Assembly (NCBI GenBank): GCA_951406725.2
Contig: OX597816.1
Span: 89,652,001 to 89,716,000, forward strand
Source: Octopus vulgaris
Lineage: Eukaryota
DNA: 64,000 nucleotides
Direction: 5' to 3'
Shown here: positions 42,424 through 55,379 of the stretch, one piece after another
How positions within the stretch are numbered: the first letter of the stretch is position 1
Layout of the letters: each line of letters opens with the position of its first letter
Notes under the pieces: generated by a model
The model's database searches: none
Told to the model about the DNA's origin: nothing
The model's input: only the letters and a program-made list of their open reading frames with translations
Made by a program: the position numbers and the translations under genes

Positions 42424-43138
42424 CTTGTTTTATTTATATTTCCTGAGCGCCATACTAATACAATTGTTCGTTTGCTTTCCACCTGCCTTCGTCTTTTGTC
42501 TATTTTCATAAAGCTTCCCGTTATATATTATGCGCTCACGTGGTCTCACTTTCATCCTATATTCTACCAATACCACTATCAACACTTACCTCTACCTTGG
42601 ATTTTCTTTACCTCTTGGATACTTACCATTGGCTGCACCTCTCTTTCGCGGATCAAAGTGACTTTGCATTGATGTGAAATCCTTAAAAAATATACCACGA
42701 CGTCTACACATTTCTCACCTTGAACTTTCAACCTTGAACTTGTTCGCATAAACTGTCCCGTTTGTTGTATTTTTATTTTCTCTTATATTACCACTTTTTT
42801 TACATTCATTTCATGCTTTCCACATTTTCCTGCATTTTTGTTCTCCTTTCTGTCTTTCTTCCCTCTCTGGATGTCCATACTCCGTTTCCTCTGCCTGCAC
42901 CCCCCTTTTTTGCCTCCCTCTCTCTGCTTCCCTTCTTTCTTTCCCTTTTCCGTTTGCCCCGTCTTTTCTGCCCCTATCGCTTACTTATCTAGTTTTTTCA
43001 TACGATTATTATTTTTTGTTTTTTTGAACGTTTGTTTTTTCCCTTTTTTTCTATTTTTTTCATACGATAATTTTTGTTTTTTGTTTTGTTTTTTTGTTTT
43101 TTTTGTTTTTTCGAACGTTTTTTTTCCGCTATCCCATC

Positions 43139-46030
43139 ATGCCGGATCCTAGGTCCTACCTCCTCACCCTCCATCACCGTTTGAAGGATCATCTCCGTTC
43201 TCTTCCTCTATATTGCCTTCAGCCGTCCGTTAATCTCTCTCTACTTCTTTTTAAAAAACCCGCTTCTCTAGCCATGTCTCTTTCCTAAGCCGCTGCCTAC
43301 ATCACCGACTCATCCCTAAAGGTTTCCGCCTCCACTTCCACCCTGCTCTCCACTCGGATTTTTCCATCTTACCCATACTCCGCACCACATCTTACCGCCT
43401 TATGCGGGCCACCATTCGCTCCAATCTCTCCAAACTACATGCCATCAACCGCCTTCTTCCTCCTGCTTTCTCCACCTTCTTCTCCTCTCTGCCGCCTCTC
43501 TATGCTCCAAACACGCTACGCTTCATTATCCATTTGAATCAACTCTTCCATCAATTTCTTTCTGATACCAAACTTCGTAAACTCCAATCACTCTTCCATT
43601 CCACCCTACCCGACGCCACTACCCCAACTCCTCCACCACCCTTCTCCCCTCCCGATAGGCTCCATCCACCCACACCTAACCCCACTGCCCCTCCCTACAA
43701 CCCCTTCTCCCCTCCCGATAGGCTCCATCCACCTACACCTAACCCTACTGCCCCGCCCAACCACCCCCACACACCTCCCCAATCCCTCCCCCTCAGACCT
43801 CCACGAGACCTACCACCCCTCCTACTTCTATACCACCCACCCCTTCTCCACTTCCGTCTGTTGTTACCATTCCCCCCGATCTTCCCCTCTCTGCGGCTGA
43901 ACGCTCCGTCCTTGGTAGGGGTCTGCGTTTCATCCCCCTCACTCCATCCTGTAAGGAATTCCAGACGCGAGTTGATGTCCACAGCTTTGTGCGCCGTGTC
44001 CGGTTGGGTGCGCATTACCACGACTCGCCACCCACACCCAACGAAGAGGACTGCTTCACTGGCCTGGGCCGCCGACCATCCCCGTGGACGCCTGCCCCTG
44101 GCCAGATCCTAGCAGTGGATCTTTTCGCGGACGCTTGTCAGCGTGCATTGGAGCGGTTCAAATTCTCCAGGCGCCAACGCCGCCTCAATATCTCCCCGGC
44201 TGAGCTCTTGGCTCTCCGTTCCCTCCAACGGCGCGCTGACATTATCATCAAACCGGCTGACAAGGGTGGAGCTGTAGTGGTGTGGCGCGCGGACCTCTAT
44301 AGGGCCGAGGCTTTCCGCCAACTCAATGACACCTCCTTCTATTCCCCTCTGCCCTCTAACCCCACACGTAGCTACCAACAGACGGTATCCTCTACTGTCC
44401 ACGACCTCATCTCGTCCTCCCGTCTCCCCCGCACCGCATCCAACCTAATTGTGCGAACCCCACGTACCCCCACCATTTACTTCCTCCCCAAAATCCACAA
44501 ACCCAACAACCCTGGCCGCCCCATCGTCTCCGCCTGTAACTGCCCCACGGAGCTCATCTCTAAATACCTCGACCGTGTCCTTGCCCCCCTAGTGGCATCT
44601 CTTCCCTCCCACATCCACGATACCAACCATGCTCTCCGGCTTTTCAACTCTTTCTCCTTTCCTCCCGGCTCCTCCAAAATCCTTTTTACTATGGACATCC
44701 AAAGCCTCTATACTGTTATCCCTCACCACGAAGGACTGCAGGCCCTTCGACACTTTCTTGACCTCCGCTCTAACCCTGTACCTGACACCTCCACACTCAT
44801 TCGTCTGGCCGAACTTGTCCTTACTCTGAACTGCTTCTCGTTCGCGGGCGAGTTCTACCATCAGGTCTCGGGAGTGGCCATGGGAACGCGAATGGGCCCC
44901 AACTATGCGAACCTGTTCGTTGGCTATGTTGAGGCCCAAATATTCTCTAATTTCACTGGTCCCACTCCCGAACTGTATGGTCGTTACATCGACGACATTA
45001 TCGGTGCCACCTCACTCTCCCGCGAACATCTAGATTCCTTCCTCTCTTTCGTCCAATCTTTCCATCCAGCCCTCCACTTCACTTCCACGATCTCCAACAC
45101 CTCTGTCTCCTTCCTCGACATTTCGGTTAGCATTCTTCACTCCACTCTTACCACCTCCATTCACTACAAACACACAGACTCACACTCATACCTCAACTTC
45201 TCTTCCTCCCACCCAGAACACACCAAGCTTTCCATCCCCTATTCCCAATTCCTCCGTCTACGTAGGCTCTGTAGTGACGACCATGACTCAGTCTCAACGT
45301 ATGGCTCACCACTTCACCCTACGTGGATACCCCTTCACCACTATCCACACCGCCCTTGCCAGAGCACGGTCCGTGGACCGTGTATCTGCTCTCTCTCCCC
45401 GAACCCGCCCTGTAGTCTCCCGCCTCCCTTTTCCCCTCACTTACCACCCCACGACCCTACGTCTCCAACGCACCATTCTTCGAGCTTTCCGTCATCTCCA
45501 GTCCGACCCGTCCACTTCACACCTCTTCCCTAACCGACCCCTCCCCTCTTTCAAACGAGCCCACAACCTTCGAGAACTTTTGGTCCATAGCTCCTTCCCT
45601 GACCCTACCTCCCAACCCGGCTCATTCCCCTGCTCCCGCCCACGTTGCCGCACTTGCCCTTACCTCTCCAACACCACCCGCCTCACTAGCACCCACCATC
45701 GACCCTATCCTATCATCCACTCCTTCACCTGCACCTCCAGCAGTATTATCTATTGCATCTCTTGCTCTCTCTGCAATTCCTTGTACATCGGACAAACGGG
45801 ACGCCGCTTGGCTGACCGGTTCGCGGAACACCTTCGTGACATCCACCTTGCGAACGACACACCGGTCTCACGCCATTTCCGCTCCACCGGTCACTCCTTG
45901 CAACACCTATCTGTGTTCGGTTTGTCCTTACACAGAGGCCATCCGGATTCCCGTTTGCGCCGTGAACAGGAATTAATCTTCTCTCTTCGCTCTTATACGC
46001 CATTTGGTCTCAACTCTCCCCCTCCTCATC
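43139..46030 (+). pseudogene. PLE RT + GIY-YIG polyprotein, frameshifted
   Basis: FLSRCL..LIPKGF; PADKGG; LPKIHKPNNPGRPIVS; GVAMGTRMGPNYAN; RYIDD; CSRPRCRTC; IIYCISC..C..LYIGQTGR. Confidence 0.9.
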
Positions 46031-46997
46031 TAACCCCCCTCCCCCCTCCTCACCTATCCTTTCCCCCGACCCCTACTTCTTCAGTCCTTCATCCTTTCAC
46101 CCCTACTCCCCTTCCCTTCTTCCCTCTTTCTCCCTCCCTCCTTCCCTCTTCCCCTTCCCTCTGCTCCCTCACTCCCCCTCTCCCTCTTTCCTCCCCCTCC
46201 TCCCCTTCTTTCTCCCCCTCCTCTCTCTCCCCATCCTCTCCTCTTCCCCCTCCTCCCCCTCTCCCCCCTTCTCCCCCCTCTTCTCCTCACTACACCACAC
46301 GACTTCACGCATCACATCATATATGATGTGCCATACTAATACATACACCAACTAATACATACTAATACGTACTAATACATACTAATACATACTAATACAT
46401 ACTAATACATACTAATACATACACCAACCCTATACATACACACGTCCAGACCCCTCATACGCACTTATACTCTCTCATACACACACACACACACACTTAT
46501 ACATACTAATACGTACTAATACATACTAATACATACTAATACATACACCAACCCCATACATACGCACGTCCACACCAATCCTACGCACTAATACTCTCTC
46601 ATACACACACACACACACACACACACCCTTATACATACTAATACATACACCAACCCTATACATACACACGTCCAGACCCCTCCTACGCACTATTAGCTGG
46701 TCCTTCAACCATATTATCAACCATATTATCTCCCCTTATTTCGCTCTCGCGTCTCATGTTTGATCTTTGACCTCTGGCCGAAATCAGATCGCCATGTTGA
46801 TTCGTTAGCTACTGCACGCATTTTTTTTCTCTCCTTCTTTCTGTTTTTTTTCTCTCTGTGTATCTTTCTGTCGAAGAGCGTAGGCTCGAAACGTTAAAGA
46901 CTTGTTTTATTTATATTTCCTGAGCGCCATACTAATACAATTGTTCGTTTGTTTTCCACCTGCCTTCGTCTTTTGTCTATTTTCATAAAGCTTCCCG

Positions 46998-47041
<44 letters not shown>

Positions 47042-47139
47042 GTTCAGCAAAAATTTTGACTCGAATGAATATGGTACTTAATTTAGATGCACCAGAATTT
47101 TGCATGGTGTTATCCATAAAAATTTGTGGGGTGATTATA

Positions 47140-47815
47140 ATCAAAATAAGCAATAAGAATGACTCCGGTAATTTGGCACAATCGTTTCGTACTACATCAT
47201 TATATTAAATGTTGTAAGTATTACAACAGATTTAAGATGCTGAGTACTCATCAGCCAATTATAGAGGTTTTCCATTATTACAAAAGTTTTCAAATCAAGT
47301 GGCAACATTATAGAGAAGGTAGATATACAGACAAAGATGTAGATTTAAATTTTAAGAACATATGAGGTAATAAAGTCCTTCCGCTGACATACTAAGATAT
47401 GGCTGTTCCTAACTACTATAAGGTTAGAAGTAATAAAGATTTTTTAATTGTAGAATTGGGGTAAAGGAGGTTTCAGAATACCATAAAAGGAATTCATGTT
47501 GAATACAGCAGTTGCCACTAACAAATGCCAATTACTGCTATTTGGTGAGAGAAACTAGGTCAATGTCAAATGGTCATTAATCCCATTTACAGAGAGTGTA
47601 ATTTAGAAAAAAAAGAGGGAAAAAAACCTATCACTTATTATTATGAGTAGGCATAGTATTTTATAACTGGGGGAATGCCTTATTAATTTTAAAGCTAGAT
47701 TAAATTTAGAAAAAAATTCCAATTTCAAGTTTGCAGTGAAGTTTTTTTAGTCATCTATGAATGTTAAATTGAAAGCTAATATAGTATATTTCTTATTATT
47801 TGATTTTAAAGAATT
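47140..47815 (-). mobile_element. Solo relic of the pLTR family at 1741-2676
   Basis: Reverse complement aligns to ~2455-2660 (tccggtaattt, cagattta, ggttttcca, aaagatgtagat, atgaggta). Confidence 0.7.
47173..47258 (-). ncRNA. Type I HHR with canonical core but GUG cleavage triplet
   Basis: ttgg-CTGATGA-GTACT...AGTAC-GAAA-CGATTG-TG-ccaa. Confidence 0.65.
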
Positions 47816-48199
47816 AAAATTTGAAAAATATAGGAATACTCACAAAATTATTATTTAAAATATTTAAACGTTCGGGTTGTGTAATGTATACTTCTAAGGG
47901 CGCACCCTTGTAGAAATAGTAGGGAAGGTTGTCAACTTTGTTCCATATAAACTTATGAAATTTTAAAACATCAGAGTAATACAAATCTTTTGAATAATCG
48001 TCTGGAGTTGGGAGCATCTCGTATACATTGCAAAACCCGAACGTTTAAATACTTTAATCTAACTTTTCATTGCATTAATTTGTACAAGGCAAATACTAAT
48101 TTATTCAATGCAAAAAGTAAATTATAAATATGAAAGCATTGTCTGAAAGGGTTTTGATACTGCTTCCCGTATTGCACAACACAACTGTACTTCTTGGTT

Positions 48200-48600
48200 G
48201 TTTAAACGAGACCGAGTTTTATGCGAATATTTCTGACAAACATTCCCTTCTTTAACAATTTCCTTTCTTATTCCCCCGGCTAAAGTCACAAACCTTTTAC
48301 CATGTTGGGATTCTGGTTTCTCAAAATAAATTAAGACATTCTGCATGGTGTATCCTTGTGGTTTATGTAGTGTCATTGCGAAACATGACTGAATATTCTT
48401 GAAAATCTGACGTCATTTTTTAATGCAGTATCATTGAACATTGATATGGTTAGATCCTCGTGCATTTGTTGTGCGATCACCTATATTCTATTGCAAAATC
48501 TTAGAAGATCTAAGTTTCTTATTGAAATTATGGTAGATCCTCTCTTCAATATCACTTTCTGAAGTGACAATTTTAAGAAATCAAAATATTTTCTATTCAA
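48200..48600 (-). mobile_element. Helitron Rep/Hel (PIF1 helicase) C-terminal relic
   Basis: LKRGSTIISIRNLD..FCN and FAMTLHKPQGYTM..V...EKP..QHGK.FV resemble PIF1 motifs (LLRNL..LCNG; FAMTINKSQG; HGQLYV). Confidence 0.7.
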
Positions 48601-49119
48601 AGTTAAAAATATATGTTAAAAAACGAAAAGTAATGGACAAATTGAGTGCAAAACGTAGACATTTTTTTGCCATTTAAAAAAAAATACTGGGATGAATTTT
48701 GCATAAATTTCAATTATGATTTTTTAAAAACGTGTGAATTTTAATGGGCAAACTTGCAGGTAATTAGTCTTTTGAATAAAATTGAAAACAATAGCTTCTT
48801 GAGTATTTCAATTTAAACATTTAAGTAAGATTAAAAGTATAAACGGGCAATTATTACTATTTTAGTTTTTAAAATTTTCACTTTAACAGCAATAACTTAA
48901 GTTTTTTCCCTTTGTGTCTTGTACTTGTCCAGGCATTATTACTGCTTGTTCTATACATTCCCAGGTTTCATACATGAAAATATTCCAGCATTTTGCGCCC
49001 GCATTTTTCATTCTACAATATCGATATGTGAATCTTTTCACGACGTGATAAGAAAATTTCATTTTTAAGAAGTACGTTATTTCATATATCAATGACACAA
49101 GTTTGTTGTAATTTCTTAC

Positions 49120-49230
49120 CCATTTCACAATTTCTCCCAGTATATTCACTCTGGCAAATACACCGGATTGAACCAAAAAAAGGAAAGCACGTTCCTCCAT
49201 TCTTGCATGGTCTCGCACTGCACGGATTAC
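49120..49230 (-). CDS. Host gene exon: EGF-like domain (most 5' exon identified)
   Basis: ttccag|NPCSARPCKNGGTCFPFFGSIRCICQSEYTGRNCEM|gtaaga; 111 nt, phase 1-1. Confidence 0.88.
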
Positions 49231-49504
49231 CTGGAAATCAATATATCAATAATCAAACAATATTTCATGTATGATTTATCGAAGTGGAAAATTCTGTAAC
49301 TGTACATATGATCGAGTGTGTATGTGCTACTTTCAAAGTTAATGCTATATCGCCTAAGGAAAGAAGCGCATGAATATAATCCATCTGATGTCCATGGAGA
49401 TTATGGACTGTACTGTAATCAACCTGCAATACGGAGTATGGTCGTGGAAACGCACGTAGCGATGCATTAAAAATATATAAATATCCTCGATAAATTACTA
49501 TTAT

Positions 49505-49589
<85 letters not shown>

Positions 49590-49591
<2 letters not shown>

Positions 49592-50506
49592 TAAGGATGA
49601 AAAGGAACACACGAGTTGATATATATGAAAAAACAAGTCAGGATAGAACATGCTAAAATAATTTTATAAAGAATATTTCAGTACCGGTTCCAGTCATTGA
49701 GACCTTTTCAACTGTAACAATTAAATAATTAAATTTAGAAAAATTAAAAGAAAAGTTTTTTTAAAAGAATATTTGTATAGTGTTCAAATATAAGTGGCAT
49801 TTACCTTGTTTCTGCCTTTCTCCGTCTCTCTTGTTTACTCTTGTGGGTTCGAGGTCGTTGTGAATTCTTGGTAGGGAAGGAGGAGGAGGAGGAGGAGGAG
49901 GAGGAGAGGAAGGAGACGAAGAATTTAAGAGTGTCTTGATTGTAGTATTTTGAATGGTCAGTGGAGGCTAGCAGTTGCTGTTCAATTCATGAAAAAATTT
50001 CTATTGAAAGTTTTGTTTATAGAATTTGCATAGGTGTTATACTAAAAAGCATTAATGATAAAGTTAGGAAGGAGAAGGAAGGAGAAGGGGGAGACTAAGG
50101 AGAAGAAGAAGAAGGAGAAGAAGAAGAAGAAGAAGAAGAAGAAGAAGAAGAAGGGAGAAGAAGGGAGAATATGAATGAGTGAAAGTAGTGAGGTGTTGGA
50201 TGACTTGAAGTTGGCACGTTATGGAATATAGCAGTGATTGGGGCTGATTTTTAATGGATTCTTAGGAATGTAATATTTGCGTGTGTATTTGTGTTATTCT
50301 AAGGCCGAGGTGGATATATCGTTTGTCGTAGACGCGTTCAGAAGGGGCCTGTATTTTGTAATAAAGAGAGTTTCTTTACTAATTCGTTGGCTCCAGGTTG
50401 TATCGTTCTTGAATTGGTAGAGGAGAAAAATCCTGAACCTTGGAGTTTTGTTGTTGGCGCAAATATCTATGTGTTGGCTGAATGCTATTTTTCTGTTTTG
50501 GGAAAT
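49590..50506 (-). repeat. Inverted pseudo-LTR / 3' end copy of the PLE at 50507-52902
   Basis: 50225-50506 is the reverse complement of ~52630-52902 and continues further into pLTR sequence with an HHR motif. Confidence 0.85.
49679..49714 (-). ncRNA. Minimal type I HHR, U3-A8 core variant, A13G mutated
   Basis: cag-TTGAAAA-GGTC-tcaat-GACT-GGAA-CCGG-TA-ctg. Confidence 0.6.
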
Positions 50507-52902
50507 ACACAAAGACAGAGACACAAGATAGCACCAAACAGGTAGGAGGAACCAAAAGTGATAAAAATTATCAATCTAAGTCACAATGAACTAACAGCAC
50601 ACCAAATCAATATACTCTCCAAAGGACTCAAGTTTACACCCACCCCACAACTCCCCAACTAAAATGAAATGAAAGAAGTCATCGCAGAATTCTGTAGAAA
50701 ATTACGACTTACTGAGGAGCTATACGACAAATACAACGAGGACGAATCATTGGTCAGAAATAGGAGTAACTACACCCCCTCAAAAGTTAAGACCAAAACT
50801 CTTGATCATTTCTGTGAACACATCTCAAATTACTAAAATCAACATATGCACAAACAAAAACACAAAAAAAAACTTCAGCAAAAAAGAATGCGCTCAGCTG
50901 AACAAATTAAAAAATGACAAAACAATAACAATCAAAGAGGCCGGTAAAGGGAGTACAGTTGTCTTAATGGACACGACATTTTACATAACTTTAGTACTAT
51001 CTATGTTGGAAGACACATCATATTATGAAAAGGCCCAAAACTACAGTCAGCAAAAAATAATGAGAGAACTAAAATCCATGTTAAACCCATACAAAGAAGG
51101 GCTCACCGACAAAGAATATGACTATATGACCAATTTCACAAGTAAAACCAGCCAATTCTACAGTATTCCCAAGATACACAAAAGTGAGAAAATAAGTATC
51201 GCATGCAAGATAGTTACAGGCAAAATAATTAAAGTCCCTAATCCTAATGACCTCAAATTAAGACCTATAATAGCAGGTCCCGCATGCGAAACCCACCGCC
51301 TCAGTAACTTTGTAGATACCTTCTTAAAACCACTCCTTAAACATGTCAAAAGCTATATAAGGGACGACCTGGATATGCTCAATCACCTGCCTAAAACAAT
51401 AAACAAAAACACCCTACCAGTATCCTTCGATGTAGTCAACCTCTATTCCAATATCCCCCACAACCTAGGAATAGAGGCAATTCAATTCTGGCTAGAGAAT
51501 CACGCCAACGATCTTCCACATCGCATCAAAAAAGAATTCATGATAGGAGGGGTTAAATTCATCCTGGAAAATAACTACTTCGCCTTCAAAGACAACTTTT
51601 ACCGACAAAAATCAGGGACTGCGATGGGTACGCAAATGGTCCCCTCCTTTGCCAACCTAGTCATGGGATATCTAGAAATCAGTCTGTATCGTAAGGTTCT
51701 AGAAAGATATGGCAGCACTTTCTCCCTCTACATAGAAAACAACTGGATGAGATACCTAGATGACTGTTTCATTCTTTGGCATGAAAATATAGAGAAACTC
51801 AAAGAATTCCAAGCAATTTTAAATGGACTGGACGTAAACATCCAATTCACGATGGAATATAGCCAGCAACAACTCCCCTTCCTCGACATCCTCATTAAGA
51901 AATCTAATAATGTAATAGAAACAGATATGTACTATAAGCCTATGGATTTCAAGCAATATCTACCATTCAATTCATGCCACCCCAGACACACCAGAATGAA
52001 TATCCCCTTCAATCTAGCAAAAAGGATATGTACTATAGTTTCTAATGCAAACACCAGAGATACACTACTACATGAACTAAAAGAAGCCCTCATCACCAGG
52101 AACTACCCATCTTCACTAATTGACATATGCATTCAACGTGCCCTTCAACTCAACATCCAGGAACTCAGACATCCCAAATTAAAGAAAAATTTACGACCAA
52201 AAGCCTTACCATACATCTCCACACACAACCCTCTCAACAATGAATCCTTCGACACCATCCTCCAAAACATACCCCTGCTAGAAAAGGACCACAAAATGAA
52301 CTTAATCCTCCGAACACACACGATCATAAAAAGCAAGAGACAACCCAAATCTATGAAAAGTCTCCTAACACAAGCCCGAATACGCTCATCAACACAGAAG
52401 TCGACAGTAAAAAAATGTGGAAGACCCAACTGTGGGATATGCGATTATCTAATTGAGGGATCAGAGTTCTCCTTCAAACAGGAACAACGTTTCACAGTGA
52501 AAAGCAACTTCACATGTTCTACAGGGAACCTGATATACACACTAACCTACTCTGGGTGTCAAGAGCAATACATAGGCCAAACAAAAAATAGTTTACGTAA
52601 AAGAATGGCCCGGCACAGATCCCAGATAAAAATTCCCCTAAACAGAAAAATAGCATTCAGCCAACACATAGATATTTGCGCCAACAACAAAACTCCAAGC
52701 TTCAGGATTTTTCCCCTCTACCAATTCAGGGACGATACAACCTGGAGCCAACGAATTAGTAAAGAAACTCTCTTTATTACAAAATACAGGCCCCTTCTGA
52801 ACGACAAACGATATATCCACCTCGGCCTTAGAATAACACGAATACACACGTAAATATTACATTCCTAAGAATACATTAAAAATCAGGCCCAATCACTGCT
52901 AT
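50507..52902 (+). mobile_element. Penelope-like element (Neptune-like), RT + GIY-YIG; ORF 50802-52853 open, upstream part disrupted
   Basis: INLS..LT...LSKGLKFTP; PKIHK; LRPIIAG; GTAMGTQM; WMRYLDD; CGRPNCGIC; LIYTL..YIGQT. Confidence 0.92.
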
Positions 52903-52940
52903 AATCTACCAATTTTTTTTTCCTAAATATATTTATTTAT

Positions 52941-53212
52941 ATTATATAGAGAGCATTACTATACATAAATGCCGCATGCTAGGAGGGACTCTTAAAGTGA
53001 AAACTACCAAAATAAATAAACTCATTGCACCGAAAGCGAGGGAATGCAAAGCTAGCCATTTAAAAACAGAATTCAGCTGCAAATCACATGATTTCATAAT
53101 TAGTGCAGAAATTTCATTCCCTCGCTTTCGCTACGATGTGTTTATTTATTTTGGTAGTTTTGACTTTAAGAGTCCCTCCTAGTGTGTGGCATTTATGTAT
53201 AGTAATGCCCTC

Positions 53213-53220
<8 letters not shown>
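52941..53220. repeat. Palindromic mini-element with ~105-bp inverted arms, next to (TA)n
   Basis: attatatagagagcattactatacataaatgcc...agggaatg matches the reverse complement of cattccctcg...gtaatgccctctatataat. Confidence 0.8.
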
Positions 53221-53254
<34 letters not shown>

Positions 53255-53260
<6 letters not shown>

Positions 53261-53548
53261 ATCAAGTAACCGACCAGGTTCACACATCGCTGGTCACAAT
53301 GCGCTTCGCATTGTTTTAGCCTTCAATGACGCCACCTCGCTGGCTAAGCGAGCGGGCCAACAGAAGAAAAACTGAGAGAAAGTTGTGGTGAAAGAGTACA
53401 GTAGGGATCACCACTACCCCCTGCCAGAGCCGCGTGGAGCTTTAGGTGTTTTCGCTCAATAAACACTCACAACGCCCGGTCTGGGAATCGAAACCGCGAT
53501 CCTACGACTCTGAGTCCGCTACCCTAAACACTGGGCCATTGCGCCTCC

Positions 53549-53550
<2 letters not shown>
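53255..53550 (-). mobile_element. tRNA-derived SINE
   Basis: Minus-strand head gtggaggcgcaaTGGCCCAGTG...GTTTCGATTCCC (A and B boxes). Confidence 0.8.
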
Positions 53551-53621
<71 letters not shown>

Positions 53622-53818
53622 AATGGATGACTGAATTATCCTTTGTTTACCGATAACATGGAAAATTCAATAAACAGTTACCAGGGTAGCAAAATTCACG
53701 CAAGTAACAAGGATGTAGCGACCTATTAAAAGGTAGGAACTCAGGGTTAATGTGCGGTAACTTGTATAGTATAAGTAAATAAATGGAGTTGAACGCAGAT
53801 GTTATTCAAATTCTTTTA

Positions 53819-53904
53819 CTTTCGACATATGTTTCGAAGACAATATTGGTTTTATTCCAAAGGAATAAACGGTGTCAAATAATATAATCTTCTCATCAGG
53901 AAAG
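53819..53904 (-). ncRNA. Canonical type I hammerhead ribozyme with extended stem II
   Basis: ctttc-CTGATGA-GAAGA...TCTTC-GAAA-CATATG-TC^gaaag; all core nucleotides canonical, palindromic stem III. Confidence 0.8.
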
Positions 53905-54249
53905 AAACAGTACCTATCTCAACAACAAGACATTATAACAATGTTGATGACTGCATAAATGATTAACAGAACGCTATCAAGTATTTTTAAAAAGCCGTTA
54001 GTAGATTCGACGTCAAAGACAGACCCTATGAAGAGAAGGGGTAAAGAAATAACAAGTAGAGAACAAATAAAGAGGGATATATTGGTTGAAAAAATGTTCA
54101 AAGGCGTGAATGTAGGTTTCTCTAGGTTTCTCTAATGAAGTAAAGTGCAAGGTGAACTAAATGTTCAAACTATAAAGACTGGTAAAAATCACTTATATCA
54201 GCTAAAGATATGTTTCTGCTAGTGCTTACATTTGTAAGATCGCCCTATA

Positions 54250-55187
54250 TGTGTGTTTACAAGGTGATTTTTAGAGAAGAGAATATGGAAGAGTTCAGAG
54301 TTGCAAATGTTGCAGAATCCTTTACCCTGTTAGAAAGGTTCACAAAAGTACAGCTCCCAAAATTACTGCAGAGCTTAATGACCACCTCGAGAACCCAATT
54401 TCCACAAAAACTGTTCGCCGGGAGCTGCACAAAGCCGGATTTCGCGGGAGGGCTGTAATCAGAAAACCACTACTTTCATAATCAAACGTTGCAAAGCGTT
54501 TAGAGTGGAGTAAAAACCTACGATATTGGTCTCTAGAGCAGCGGAAGAATGTTATTTTCTTGGACGAGTCATCCTTTACCTTAATTCCGACCACCGGCCG
54601 AGTATACGTGTGAAGACAGCCAAAAGAAGCATTTGACCCAGACTGCCTTCTTCCAGCTGGAGGAGTATCTGTGATGATCTGGGGTGGGGCTATATCTTGG
54701 AAATCCGCCGTCTCAATGGATTCCCTTCATGGCAGAATCAATAGTCAAGACGATTTAAGCATTTTATCGGATCAAATAAATCCTATAGTTGGGGAACTGT
54801 TTCCGGGGGGGAAACGCAATCTTTCAGGATGATAATGCACCAATTCACACAGCTAAATTTGTTACTGAATGGCACAAGGAACATTCTAGTGAAGTTAAAC
54901 TCTCATTTGGCCACCACAGTCCCCAGATCTCAGTATTATTGAATATTTATGGTGCGCTTTAGAAAAACAAATTCGGAGTCGATATCCTCCACCATCATCA
55001 CGACAAGAACTGGAGACTGTCTTAGCTGAAGAATGGACAAAAAATCCTTTGGAAACAATTCAAACTTTGTACGAGTCCATACCTCATAGAATTGAAGCTG
55101 CAATTACTGCCAAAGGCGGTCCTACCCCATATTAAAATAAATGTGTTTGAAATTTTAATGTGTTTCTATTATTTTGTCCAACCCCTG
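54250..55187 (+). mobile_element. Degenerate Tc1 transposon, 3' part with terminal repeat
   Basis: LDESSF, FQDDNAPIHTA, WPPQSPDL; end ttttgtccaacccctg|TA. Confidence 0.85.
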
Positions 55188-55379
55188 TATATATGTCCTT
55201 TTGCGCGCACACAGACATACGTACGGAGAGAATTGTATATATTGATATATACAAATATAGATAAGCACAGATGTAGATAGGCACGCATACACATACACAC
55301 ACACATACACATACACAGGTTCAGATTAAGCTGACGCCTTTGATATAGCGATGGGATCATCCGACTCCGCACAAGTCAT

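Larger units (their letters stand above)
41696..47001 (+). mobile_element. Near full-length Penelope-like element (Neptune-like) with direct pseudo-LTRs, between (TA)n tracts
   Basis: pLTRs 41696-42525 and 46149-47001 are near-identical; internal frameshifted RT/EN ORF; TA-rich flanks on both sides. Confidence 0.9.

Noticed and set aside
48883-49119. Extension of the 111-aa minus ORF as an additional exon
   Set aside because: The ORF is out of frame with the EGF exon, and the nearby ttgtag acceptor gives an immediate stop in phase 1.
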